DNA from: an uncultured bacterium
GTDB lineage: Bacteria > Zixibacteria > MSB-5A5 > CAIYYT01
Assembly (NCBI GenBank): GCA_963726455.1
Contig: CAVSCK010000003.1
Location: forward strand, 384,001-448,000
Direction of reading: 5' to 3'
DNA length: 64,000 nt
Shown here: positions 31,987-41,375 of the stretch, piece by piece
How the letters are laid out: each line of letters opens with the position of its first letter
How positions within the stretch are numbered: position 1 is the first letter of the stretch
Program-made: the position numbers and the translations under genes
The notes under the pieces: generated by a model
Databases searched by the model: none
What the model was told of the DNA's origin: nothing
Seen by the model: the letters and a program-made list of their open reading frames with translations, nothing else

Positions 31987-33558
31987 TTGAAAACTAACGG
32001 CAATCAGGCGAGTTTGGCCAGGTCGGCCGGCATCGTTTCGGCGGCGACATTCGTTTCGCGCCTGCTGGGATTGATCCGCGAGCAGGTCACGGCGTACCTG
32101 TTCGGCGCTTCCGACCAGGTTGATGCCTTCAAGTCGGCGTTTCGAATCCCTAATCTGTTGCGTGACATGTTCGCCGAAGGGGCATTGTCGGCGGGGTTCG
32201 TTCCGATCTTCTCCGAAAAACTCCGCACCGGCACCAAGGAAGACGCGATTCGGTTCGCCGGGATGGTATTCGGCGCGCTGACGGCGATCGTGTCAGTGAT
32301 CGTGCTCCTGATGATGGTCTTTACGCCGGAAATCGCGACGGTGCTGGCCGAAGGGTTCGAGAAAATTCCGGGAAAACTGGATAACACGATTCTGATGGGC
32401 CGGGTGATGATGCCGTTCCTGTTGATGATGGCACTGGCGGCGCTGTTGATGGGGATTTCCAACTCACTCGGCTATTTCGGGATTCCGGCACTGGCGCCGG
32501 TGATGCTCAATGTCGGCATGATCATCTGCTCGATCGTGCTGTCGCCATTCGTGCATCCTCCGGTATTGAGCATAGCTGTCGGAGTGCTGGTCGGCGGCGC
32601 GGGACAGTTTGTGATGCAGTACGTGGCGCTGCACAAGATCGGGTTTCGATTTCGAATCATTTTCGATTTGTTCAATCCTGACCTGCTGCGACTTCTGCTC
32701 TTGATCTTGCCTACTGCCATCGGGCTGGCAGCTACCCAGATCAACGTCGCCGTCATCACGAGGATTGCCTCCAACGATTCCGGCGCGGTTTCATACCTAG
32801 ACTACGCCTTCCGGCTGCTGCATCTGCCGCTGGGATTATTCGCCATTGCGATTGCGACAGTCGCCCTGCCCAAATTGGCGAGCGAGGCCGCGGGCGGGAA
32901 TCACGTCGAATTCAATCGAATTCATTCGAGCGCGTTGCGGCTGGGGTTGTTCCTGAGTATACCGGCAGCGATCACTATGATCCTGCTCTCGCGCGAGGTC
33001 TGTGGCGCGGTTTACCAATACGGCAAGTTCACGTCGGAAGACACCATTCAGACCGGACGGGCTCTGGCGATGTATTGCCTGGGGCTGCCGTTCTTCACAT
33101 TGGTGCGCATTACGGTGCCGGCATTTTATGCGCTGAAAGACACGCGCACGCCGGCGTTGATTTCGATCTTCAGCGTGGCACTAAACATTTTCTTCTGTTT
33201 TCAATTGCGCGCCAACTATGGATTTGTCGGGCTGGCGCTGGCGGCGTCGCTGGCGGGAGTAGCGAATTTCACGTTGTTGACCTATCTATTGCGAAGTCGC
33301 ATTCAGATCACCGGCATGAGACAAGACCTGATCGCTATCGGCAAGATTGTGATTGCATCGTTGGTGGCCGGAGCGATTGTTTGGGTGGCGAAGCACTATG
33401 TCGGCGCCGAAATGCACCAGTCGCGATTGGCGAATCTGGGCGCGGTAACGTTAATGTTGGGTGTTGCCGCCGTCGCATATCTGGCAATTTGCAAGCTGTT
33501 CAAGATGGAAGAGTGGGATCGGCTTTCGAACGCATTTTTGAGGCGGTTCAGGCGATAG
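31987..33558 (+). CDS. murJ: Lipid II flippase MurJ
   Basis: SRLLGLIRE, AFRIPNLLRDMFAEGALSAGFVP; about 14 TM; divergent from rpsT as in many bacteria. Confidence 0.93.
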   Translation: MKTNGNQASLARSAGIVSAATFVSRLLGLIREQVTAYLFGASDQVDAFKSAFRIPNLLRDMFAEGALSAGFVPIFSEKLRTGTKEDAIRFAGMVFGALTAIVSVIVLLMMVFTPEIATVLAEGFEKIPGKLDNTILMGRVMMPFLLMMALAALLMGISNSLGYFGIPALAPVMLNVGMIICSIVLSPFVHPPVLSIAVGVLVGGAGQFVMQYVALHKIGFRFRIIFDLFNPDLLRLLLLILPTAIGLAATQINVAVITRIASNDSGAVSYLDYAFRLLHLPLGLFAIAIATVALPKLASEAAGGNHVEFNRIHSSALRLGLFLSIPAAITMILLSREVCGAVYQYGKFTSEDTIQTGRALAMYCLGLPFFTLVRITVPAFYALKDTRTPALISIFSVALNIFFCFQLRANYGFVGLALAASLAGVANFTLLTYLLRSRIQITGMRQDLIAIGKIVIASLVAGAIVWVAKHYVGAEMHQSRLANLGAVTLMLGVAAVAYLAICKLFKMEEWDRLSNAFLRRFRR

Positions 33559-33574
33559 TTTAACGGAGGGGTAA

Positions 33575-35803
33575 TTGCGCACACCGGCGCTTTATGCGCT
33601 GATCTTTTTTGCCGGGGGGATATTGCTGGCAGTCAACACCGAACTGCCTGCGATGATCTATCTGGGCGTAGCGGTTATTGCTGCGGCGCTGGCAGTGATC
33701 GTCTATCTCACGGGCAAAGCGCTTATCAGTCGTGCCCTGATTTGTGCAGCGATGGTTGCGGGCGGCGCGTTTCTCACCGAATTGCAGAGCGCGGAGTTTC
33801 CATCTAATCACATCTCGCGGTTCGCATCCGCCAGCCAGATTATGACCGTCACCGGAACGGTTGTCTCTGAGCCGGACATCCGGCCGGACAAGACGTTTCT
33901 GACGGTCGAGGTTGATTCCTTGCGGTACCGTGAACGGGCGATTCCCTCCTGCGGGCGACTGCGGCTGCAAGTTCAGGAACCGACCACGGCATTCGGCTAC
34001 CGCGATCGCATCATGTTTACCGGCTACATGAATCTGCCGCAGAGCGGACGCAATCCGGGCGCGTTCGACTACCGCCGTTACCTCGCGATTCGGCAGATCA
34101 GCGCCATTGTCACGATTAACAGCGCCAGTCGCATTACGATTCTGCAGTCGGGCGGCAGTGAGCCATTCGTGCGAGGCGTTATTACGCCCGTGCGTGAATA
34201 TATCGCTTCGGTTTTCGAGCACTATCTGCCGGCTGAACAAGCGGCAGTGATGAAAGGATTTTTGATCGGCGACGTGCGCTACATATCGCGCGATGTTTAC
34301 CAGCGTTTCAAGGACACCGGCACGTTGCACGTGCTGGCAGCATCGGGAGCAAACGTTGCATATGTCATCTCGGCGCTGTTTCTCGGCATCCGGCTGTTTC
34401 GCCTGGCTCGGCAATATCGAGTCTACCTGCTGATCGCAGGTGTCGTCGTGTTCTCGTTTCTGGCATACAACCAGCCGTCGGTGGTGCGCGCCTCAGTTAT
34501 GGCCGTGGTGACGCTGATCGGAGTCGCGCTGTATCGCGACACCAACTGGGTTAATAACATCTCGGTTGCGGGTTTGATTATTCTGGCATTCCGGCCGCTG
34601 TATCTCTATGACCTGGGCTTCCAACTGTCGTTCGGTGCGGCTTTCGCGTTGATACTGTTCATGCCGGCGCTGGAACGATTTCTGCCGCGCCCACAGGGCA
34701 TACTGAAGAAGAGTGGCCGCTATTTCCTGTTAATACTCAATGGCAGCGTTGTCGCACAGTTGGGCGTGATTCCGGTTTTGATCTACAATTTCCACACGGT
34801 GCCGCTGGTCAGTTTCCTGGCCAACCTTGTGGTCGTGCCGTTGGTGGGGATTTCGACAACGCTGGGTATCATTCTAGTGTTTTTGTCCGCGATTCCCGTG
34901 GTGTCGACGCTGCTCGGAACGGTGCTGACGCTGTCGCTGAAATTGACGCTGACCTCCATCGACTATTTCTATGCGCTGCCGATTCCACAATTGCGGCTGG
35001 CCGCGCCGCATATTTTGTTGATCATCTGCTACTATCTCGGACTGCAGATTATCTTCTCCTCGATTATGAAAAGGCGGTTGGCGGCACTGTTTCCGGTGTT
35101 GCTATTGGTCTGCCTGAACACACTGGTCTGGAAAGATGTGATTGCGGGAGAGAATCCACGAACGGAGGTCACGTTCCTGGATACACGTGACATGACGACA
35201 GTTTTTATCAAAGAACCTGACGGCACATCCACCCTGATCAATGGCGGTGGCGCCGACGTGTCGACAAATCGGGGCGAGACAACGGTGTTGCCGTTCCTGC
35301 TGGCCAAAGGCGTCAGCCACTTGGACGAGGTTCGAGTCACTACCGACGGAGCGGGCAACCGTGAGTCGATCAGGTCAGTTATGGCAGGTCTGCGACAGCG
35401 TTGGCCGGGAGACGGTGACAGGACGGCTGACGACCTCGATCTCGATGAGATGATCGCAGCAACAGACTCACTGCCGATTTTGTATTCCGGCGATTTTACG
35501 ATTGCTTTGCTGGCGGGCGAAGTTCCTGTGCAAAATCTGAACAATCTGCCGCCCAACGTCCAGGTTTTGGCTGCCGATTGGCGCTATTTGAAACAATCCG
35601 AGTTCGCGGGCTTCCTGAAATTGCTTCACGTTGAAACACTAATACTTACGAACTACCCCAGCTATTACACGGCGAGAGAGCCGCTGCGCCTATTGCGCGA
35701 GTCAATGCCTGAATCCGAAATCTACTCGGTACTGGAATCAGGCGGAATCGTAGTCAGCATATATACAGACGGTTACCGTGTATCGGCAACAGCCAATAGG
35801 TGA
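33575..35803 (+). CDS. comEC: DNA internalization competence protein ComEC/Rec2
   Basis: DUF4131-like region with RNPGAFDYRRYL, competence domain GTLHVLAASGAN, PSVVRA, GFQLSF; degenerate C-terminal beta-lactamase-like domain. Confidence 0.9.
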   Translation: MRTPALYALIFFAGGILLAVNTELPAMIYLGVAVIAAALAVIVYLTGKALISRALICAAMVAGGAFLTELQSAEFPSNHISRFASASQIMTVTGTVVSEPDIRPDKTFLTVEVDSLRYRERAIPSCGRLRLQVQEPTTAFGYRDRIMFTGYMNLPQSGRNPGAFDYRRYLAIRQISAIVTINSASRITILQSGGSEPFVRGVITPVREYIASVFEHYLPAEQAAVMKGFLIGDVRYISRDVYQRFKDTGTLHVLAASGANVAYVISALFLGIRLFRLARQYRVYLLIAGVVVFSFLAYNQPSVVRASVMAVVTLIGVALYRDTNWVNNISVAGLIILAFRPLYLYDLGFQLSFGAAFALILFMPALERFLPRPQGILKKSGRYFLLILNGSVVAQLGVIPVLIYNFHTVPLVSFLANLVVVPLVGISTTLGIILVFLSAIPVVSTLLGTVLTLSLKLTLTSIDYFYALPIPQLRLAAPHILLIICYYLGLQIIFSSIMKRRLAALFPVLLLVCLNTLVWKDVIAGENPRTEVTFLDTRDMTTVFIKEPDGTSTLINGGGADVSTNRGETTVLPFLLAKGVSHLDEVRVTTDGAGNRESIRSVMAGLRQRWPGDGDRTADDLDLDEMIAATDSLPILYSGDFTIALLAGEVPVQNLNNLPPNVQVLAADWRYLKQSEFAGFLKLLHVETLILTNYPSYYTAREPLRLLRESMPESEIYSVLESGGIVVSIYTDGYRVSATANR

Positions 35804-35858
35804 CCGTAGAAACGGGTTATCCCACATAGGCCTAAACAGGCCAAAAACCAAATCCTCT

Positions 35859-35886
35859 TAAAGTATTAGCCGAATCCACCCGATAA
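35859..35886 (+). promoter_or_regulatory. sigma28 (FliA/SigD)-like promoter of the Mgl/Roadblock/pil operon
   Basis: TAAAGTAT...CCCGATAA with TAAA-N16-CCCGATAA spacing, 79 nt upstream of ATG 35966. Confidence 0.5.
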
Positions 35887-35965
35887 AGAATATGAATTGG
35901 ACTGCGCGGGAGTATTCCCGTCGTGAAATATTGAACAGCTAACAGGTTCTTAAAAAGCTCGAGAC

Positions 35966-37156
35966 ATGAGTTTTACCGGTAATCTGCAGACGGTGGCATT
36001 TTCCGATCTGCTCCAGCTTTTCTCTGCCGGAAAAAAGACGGGCACCGTCACCATTGTGCGTGGCAACATCCGCAAGGAGCTCGTCTTCAGAGACGGCAAT
36101 ATCATCAGCGCGACCTCGCATGATGCTGAGGAAGACTATCTGGGACAGATCCTCTTGAAAGCCGGCCGCATTTCGAAAACCGACCTTCAACGGGCAGTCT
36201 ATATGCACAAGACCTCGGGCAAGCGCATGGGGCAAGTGCTGGTAGAGATGAAGCTCGTGAGCCGCGATGAACTGGGGTTGTATCTGCGGCAGCAGATCGA
36301 AGAGATCATCTACAACCTGTTCAGTTGGAAAGAGGGAGAATTCATCTTCCGTGAGGGGCAACTGCCGGCCACGCGCGAGGGCCTGGTCGAATTGAACACG
36401 ATGAACGTGATTATGGAGGGCACGCGGCGCATCGACGAATGGGTCGAGATCCAGAAAGTATTGCCACGCGACAACCAGATTCTCTGCGTCTCGCCGCTCA
36501 TCCAGTCCAAGAATGACGAAGTGACGCTGTCGCTCGATGAGTTCAAGGTGATAACGCTGGTGGACGGCAAACGGACGTTGCCGGAAATTCTGGAATCGTC
36601 GCCGTTGGGCGAATTCGTGACCTCACGCGCGATCTACAAGCTGATTAACTCCGGGTTGGTCGAGACCACGATGGTCAAGGAAACCGAGATTAACGACCCG
36701 CGCGAAGAGGATTCCTTGTTCTGGCTGTTGCTGCGCGTGTATGCCTCCGCGTTCAGCCAGATTCAGAAGGTGCTGGAACGCAAACTCGGACCGGAAAACG
36801 AAAAACTGCAATCTACGCTGTCAGGATTTCGCAAAGGCATCTGGCAGTGTTTCGTCGGCGTGAATCATTCGGACTTCCCGACCAACTTTGAGTCGATCAA
36901 ACGCGCGATGGCGAAGATACCCAAGGAAGTCAGAGTCTTGAGATTAGTCAGCGGGCTGAACCAGATTCTGGAGGAACAGCTCGCGTTCGTATACTCATAT
37001 CTCGGTATAGAGGTTCGTCGCCAGGTCGCGGCAGATATCAAGAAAGAAGTGGCGTTGCCGTTGGCGGAGCGCCGCGAAGTTGATAAGAAGTACGACGTCG
37101 GCAACGAGCTGTACCGGATTCTCAAAGAAGTCAAATTGACCAAAGCGGTCTTGTGA
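35966..37156 (+). CDS. DUF4388 (PatA N-terminal-like) domain protein with MshEN-like repeats
   Basis: GNLQTVAFSDLLQL...KTG...FRDGNI; LGQILLKAGRIS...RMGQVLVEMKLVS; LFSWKEGEF.F; IMEGTRRIDEW. Confidence 0.85.
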   Translation: MSFTGNLQTVAFSDLLQLFSAGKKTGTVTIVRGNIRKELVFRDGNIISATSHDAEEDYLGQILLKAGRISKTDLQRAVYMHKTSGKRMGQVLVEMKLVSRDELGLYLRQQIEEIIYNLFSWKEGEFIFREGQLPATREGLVELNTMNVIMEGTRRIDEWVEIQKVLPRDNQILCVSPLIQSKNDEVTLSLDEFKVITLVDGKRTLPEILESSPLGEFVTSRAIYKLINSGLVETTMVKETEINDPREEDSLFWLLLRVYASAFSQIQKVLERKLGPENEKLQSTLSGFRKGIWQCFVGVNHSDFPTNFESIKRAMAKIPKEVRVLRLVSGLNQILEEQLAFVYSYLGIEVRRQVAADIKKEVALPLAERREVDKKYDVGNELYRILKEVKLTKAVL

Positions 37157-37163
37157 GGTAGCT

Positions 37164-37538
37164 ATGAGAAAAATCGCGTGTGGGTTAATCGTGACGCTGA
37201 TGGCACTCCCCTTCTCCGGAGCGCTGGCCGAGCCACTGGCGAAGTCAAGCGATGTGACGGCGATGGGTGTGGCAATCGACATCATTCTGCTGGCCGCCGG
37301 TCTGCTTTGTTTCGTGCTGTGTTTGAGAATATTCGCGTTGCTCCGGGGCGGCGAACTTTCACCGGGCTGGCAGGTGCTGGCCATTTCGTTTCTGATCTTC
37401 TCGCTCGGAGAGCTTCTGAGCGTAGCCATCAAGCTGGACATCGTCACCGTGCAGAAGAACGCCATCGGCGTTCTGCAATTACTGGCGTTGTTCTTGGTGG
37501 CTATCGGTGTAGCGAAGATTAAGAAGAGTTTGACGTAA
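37164..37538 (+). CDS. Small membrane protein (signal plus about 3 TM)
   Basis: GAGG RBS, hydrophobic segments, operonic position. Confidence 0.7.
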   Translation: MRKIACGLIVTLMALPFSGALAEPLAKSSDVTAMGVAIDIILLAAGLLCFVLCLRIFALLRGGELSPGWQVLAISFLIFSLGELLSVAIKLDIVTVQKNAIGVLQLLALFLVAIGVAKIKKSLT

Positions 37539-37560
37539 AACCGCATTCCCAAGGGTCTGT

Positions 37561-38424
37561 ATGATGGAAGCAGCAACAATAGCCGAGCGGATTGACCAGT
37601 GCGAACGAATTCTCAAAGAGAATTCGCGCTCACAGGTCTTTGCCGCATTGGCCGATGCTTTGCGCCTTAACGGCGACCTGGAAAAGGCATTCCGGGTATG
37701 TCGCCAGGGATTGCGAATTCATCCCGACTACGGCGCCGGCCATCTGGTGATGGCAAAGATCAGTCTCGGCCGCAAGATGTACGATTGGGCAGAGCAAGAG
37801 CTGACGAAAGCAGTGGAATTCGATGGCGAGACTCGCGCCACGGAGCAATTACGGGTCGAGATACTGATTGGCAAGGGGAGTTACTCTGAGGCAGACGCGG
37901 CCATACGCAAGCTCAGGGTAGCGGGCGCCAATCCCCTGCTCGTTACGGATTTGCACCAGCGACTGGAACGCCAGAAGAAGGAATCCAAGCGCCGTAACAT
38001 CGATCAATCGACCGGTGCTCCAAGGGGGAAAGGTTCCGAGGCCAAGACGGCCGCCCCTGTTGCAAAGCCGAAGACTCCACTGACACTGGGACAAGCGCTG
38101 GATCAATTGGCGGCGTTGCCATTTGTGGATTCGATAGTCTGCGCCCACACTGACGGCACACCGGTTGATCATCGCGGCGATTCGCCGCAGGATATCAACG
38201 AGACTGCGGCCTTTGGTGTGGAGATGTGCCGCATTGCCGAGACGGAGAATGCGATTGCCAATTTCGGGGAGGCACAACAGATCGCCGTCGAGAACGGCGA
38301 ACGCACGATTGTGATCATGAAATTCAGCCGTTACAACCTGGTGATCTATTGCCAGAAAGGGATCAACCTGGGCGCCATGCGGATGCGGCTTGAAGACATT
38401 AGAGATAACTTGCAGGACGGCTAG
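37561..38424 (+). CDS. TPR + Roadblock/LC7 domain protein
   Basis: SQVFAALADALR...QGLRIHPDY TPR-like N-terminus; C-terminal DG...INLGAMRMRL Roadblock pattern. Confidence 0.75.
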   Translation: MMEAATIAERIDQCERILKENSRSQVFAALADALRLNGDLEKAFRVCRQGLRIHPDYGAGHLVMAKISLGRKMYDWAEQELTKAVEFDGETRATEQLRVEILIGKGSYSEADAAIRKLRVAGANPLLVTDLHQRLERQKKESKRRNIDQSTGAPRGKGSEAKTAAPVAKPKTPLTLGQALDQLAALPFVDSIVCAHTDGTPVDHRGDSPQDINETAAFGVEMCRIAETENAIANFGEAQQIAVENGERTIVIMKFSRYNLVIYCQKGINLGAMRMRLEDIRDNLQDG

Positions 38425-38440
38425 GAAGTGAGAGGCATGT

Positions 38441-39382
38441 ATGGATTGGACAATTAGGAATAATCGCCATGTAGCTCTGATAGCGTTGATAGTAGCCGCG
38501 CTTCCAATGCTGATCTATCCCAATACTTTTGGCGTCACGTTTGACATGAGCTGGAAGTGGTACGTTCCGTTGGAGGGAACTTACTTCTTTGCGGTGGGGC
38601 TGATTCTCTATCGCCGCCGCTCTCTGGGCTACACGATAGTGGCGACTTTGTTTGCCATCGTAGGCCGGCTCGTTCTGTCCGGCATCTTCATGGCATTGCT
38701 GATGGCGCTGGAACAAATGCCCGCGTCTGACGCTTTCCCAACCGCGTTTGAGACGTTCCGGCCGGCAGTCTTGCTGGCGGGTGTCACCGCGCCATTGCTG
38801 TTCAGCCCGGTTATTAAGTCGATTTTGCCGAGCCGGATTCGCAGACGGCATTTGCAGAGACATGAAGCAGCACCGGTCATTTACACGTCGACTGCGACGC
38901 CGGTGAATCGACCGGCGGCTCCGGCAGCGGCACCGACGCCGACGAACGAGCGCGTAACTGCGGATTTTTACGACCATTCGTTCAACGGAGCGGTGCAACA
39001 CATCGGCAGCTACTCGGGCGTGCGTTGCGCGCTGCTGATCGATCAGGAAGGCCTGCCGATTGCGAGCTGGAATCGCGGTGAATGGGATCAGGAAATGTGG
39101 GGTGCGTTGACGAAGCGGATCGTGGATGATCTTCAGGATCTCAACGCCAAAGCTGGAACTTTACCACTGAGCACGATCGAGTTCAAGTCGGGCGGACATC
39201 GGTTCAGTCTCTATCGGGCGGCCGATATGTGGTTGTTGTCCGTTGCGGACGCCGACTCGGATGAACTCGAAAAGATACGGTTACTTCAGGCCGCCGAAAT
39301 GATCGAGCGGCATTGCGAAGAAAAATATGCCAATGTTCATAGCAGCGAAATAGGGAGAAAATATGCGGGAAGTACTGTCTGA
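38441..39382 (+). CDS. Membrane protein with a C-terminal Roadblock/LC7 domain
   Basis: About 4 N-terminal TM, Pro/Ala/Thr linker, then GVRCALLIDQEGLPIAS...IRL Roadblock pattern. Confidence 0.72.
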   Translation: MDWTIRNNRHVALIALIVAALPMLIYPNTFGVTFDMSWKWYVPLEGTYFFAVGLILYRRRSLGYTIVATLFAIVGRLVLSGIFMALLMALEQMPASDAFPTAFETFRPAVLLAGVTAPLLFSPVIKSILPSRIRRRHLQRHEAAPVIYTSTATPVNRPAAPAAAPTPTNERVTADFYDHSFNGAVQHIGSYSGVRCALLIDQEGLPIASWNRGEWDQEMWGALTKRIVDDLQDLNAKAGTLPLSTIEFKSGGHRFSLYRAADMWLLSVADADSDELEKIRLLQAAEMIERHCEEKYANVHSSEIGRKYAGSTV

Positions 39383-39698
39383 GTTAAACAAGACTTCCGG
39401 TATTACCGGCAGCATGCTAGTCGGTCACGACGGCATCGTTATTGCCGCGGACCTGAATAGTCAATTCGACGATGACACCATCGGGGCCCTGGCCGGATCG
39501 ATCAGCTCGACCGTGGCCAAGAGTCTGGAGCGGCTGCAACAGTCGCCACTCACACAATTGACTATTGAGGCCGCCAAAGGAAAACTGTTCATCACGGAAA
39601 CCCCCGTGGGCTACCTGGTGGTGACAACGGAAGACAAGATCAACATGGGACTGATCCGGCTGGAGATCAAGAACGCGATATCGCATATCAGCTTGTAA
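39363..39698 (+). CDS. Stand-alone Roadblock/LC7 protein (MglB/MglC-like)
   Basis: GITGSMLVGHDGIVIA...NMGLIRLEIK. Confidence 0.88.
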   Translation: MREVLSELNKTSGITGSMLVGHDGIVIAADLNSQFDDDTIGALAGSISSTVAKSLERLQQSPLTQLTIEAAKGKLFITETPVGYLVVTTEDKINMGLIRLEIKNAISHISL

Positions 39699-39719
39699 CA
39701 AGCCGGCGGGGAGACTGAC

Positions 39720-40832
39720 ATGGTTTCGATAAACTACTCAAACCGGGAAGTGAGCTGTAAGATCGTTTACTACGGCCCCGGTTTGTCAGGGAAGACAACG
39801 AACCTGCAATACGTGCATGCGAAGGTCCCGAAAAAGACGCGGGGCGATTTGATCAGTCTGGCGACTGACGCCGATCGCACGCTGTACTTCGATTTCCTGC
39901 CGATCAACATCGGCGCGATCAACGGTTTTGCGACCAAGTTCCAGTTGTACACGGTGCCCGGACAGGTCTTTTACAACGCCACCCGCAAGCTGGTATTGCG
40001 CGGTGTGGACGGACTGGTGTTTGTGGCGGATTCGCAGCGTTCGAAGCGCGACGAAAATATCGAATCGCTCAACAATCTAAAGGAAAACCTGATCGAGTAC
40101 GGCTATGACATCAACTCGCTACCGATAGTCCTTCAGTACAACAAGCGTGACCTCCCGGAAGTGATGGGGCTAGACGAACTCCAGAAGGATCTCAATTGGA
40201 ATAACCTCGCCTATTTCGAAGCCTCGGCGGTGAAGGGTGTGGGTGTATTCGACACGTTGAAAATGATAACGAAACTCGTGCTCAATACCGCTCGCCGAGT
40301 GGAGCAGCCGGTGGCCGCGACCACAACGGCGGCTGCGGCAGCCCCGGCGATGATGCCCATGCAGCATGAGACTCTGGGAACTGCGGTAGATCATCATTCG
40401 ATGACGGATTCGATGCCACAGCGCGAAGCGGCGTCGTCAGCTACGACTGTTGCTCCACCACCTCCGGTTCCGGTCGAGAAGCCGCGCCGGATCGAGGTAC
40501 GTGACATTGTGAACGATTCAGACTGGGGTACACGCGAAGCCGCGAAACATGATCCACCTCCGCCGATGGCGGCCGAGCCGTCAGCGCTTCCGAAGCGTCC
40601 CAGCTTGGCTGAAATCGAGAGCAAGTTGCGGCAAGTTGACAACAACCATATGGATCCCATAAAGGACCCAGCAGCTCCCAAGCCGGTGGCAGAAGCCGAC
40701 GAAGCGGCACGGGCGCAGTTTGCGGACGCGTTTGAGGTCCCGCGCATGGCCATCATGCAGAAGAGTCTGAAGCCCAAAAAGAGAAAATCAAAGTTCTTCT
40801 TATTCCGCTGGTTCAGCGGAGGAAATGATTAG
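39720..40832 (+). CDS. mglA: MglA-family small GTPase with a long C-terminal extension
   Basis: KIVYYGPGLSGKTTNL, DRTLYFDFLP, YTVPGQV, GVDGLVFVADS, NKRD, EASA. Confidence 0.93.
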   Translation: MVSINYSNREVSCKIVYYGPGLSGKTTNLQYVHAKVPKKTRGDLISLATDADRTLYFDFLPINIGAINGFATKFQLYTVPGQVFYNATRKLVLRGVDGLVFVADSQRSKRDENIESLNNLKENLIEYGYDINSLPIVLQYNKRDLPEVMGLDELQKDLNWNNLAYFEASAVKGVGVFDTLKMITKLVLNTARRVEQPVAATTTAAAAAPAMMPMQHETLGTAVDHHSMTDSMPQREAASSATTVAPPPPVPVEKPRRIEVRDIVNDSDWGTREAAKHDPPPPMAAEPSALPKRPSLAEIESKLRQVDNNHMDPIKDPAAPKPVAEADEAARAQFADAFEVPRMAIMQKSLKPKKRKSKFFLFRWFSGGND

Positions 40833-40846
40833 TCAGGAGGTATGAC

Positions 40847-41335
40847 GTGGCTGGTGAAAAGCTGATCGTATACTGGGATGACACGGAAAAGATCGACGGT
40901 GTCATGACCAAGCTTCTCAAGGGCGCGGAAGCGAAATGTGCGCTCCTGGTCGATAAGGATGGTCACCTCATCGCCCGGCATGGTTTCACCCAGACGCTCG
41001 ACACTACGGCTTTGGCGGCTTTGATGGCCGGCAGTTTTGCCTCGACCTCAGAGATAGCCAAGCTGGTGGGCGAGCCGGAGTTTTCAGTGCTGTTCCATCA
41101 GGGACGCAAAGACCACATCCACATGTGCCTGGTCGGCGACCGCTCGATCCTGGCCGTCGTCTTTGACGACCGTACGACGATCGGCATGGTACGTCTGTAC
41201 GCCAAGGAAGCGGCCGAGGAATTGCAGAAGATTTTCGAAGTCGTGCTGCGCAAAGTAAACAGTTCCGAGCAGGGATTGTCCGAGGAGTTTACGAATTCCG
41301 CTGAAAACAAGCTGGAGGACATCTTCCGCGACTGA
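40847..41335 (+). CDS. mglB: MglB (Roadblock-domain regulator/GAP of MglA)
   Basis: LVDKDG.LI...DTTALAAL.AG...AKLVGE.EF..LFHQG...VFD.RTT.G.VRL, with an acidic C-terminal helix (LEDIFRD) as in Myxococcus MglB. Confidence 0.9.
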   Translation: MAGEKLIVYWDDTEKIDGVMTKLLKGAEAKCALLVDKDGHLIARHGFTQTLDTTALAALMAGSFASTSEIAKLVGEPEFSVLFHQGRKDHIHMCLVGDRSILAVVFDDRTTIGMVRLYAKEAAEELQKIFEVVLRKVNSSEQGLSEEFTNSAENKLEDIFRD

Positions 41336-41375
41336 GGCGGGCCGGCAATAAGCGCAGACGGTATTGAGAAGGTAT

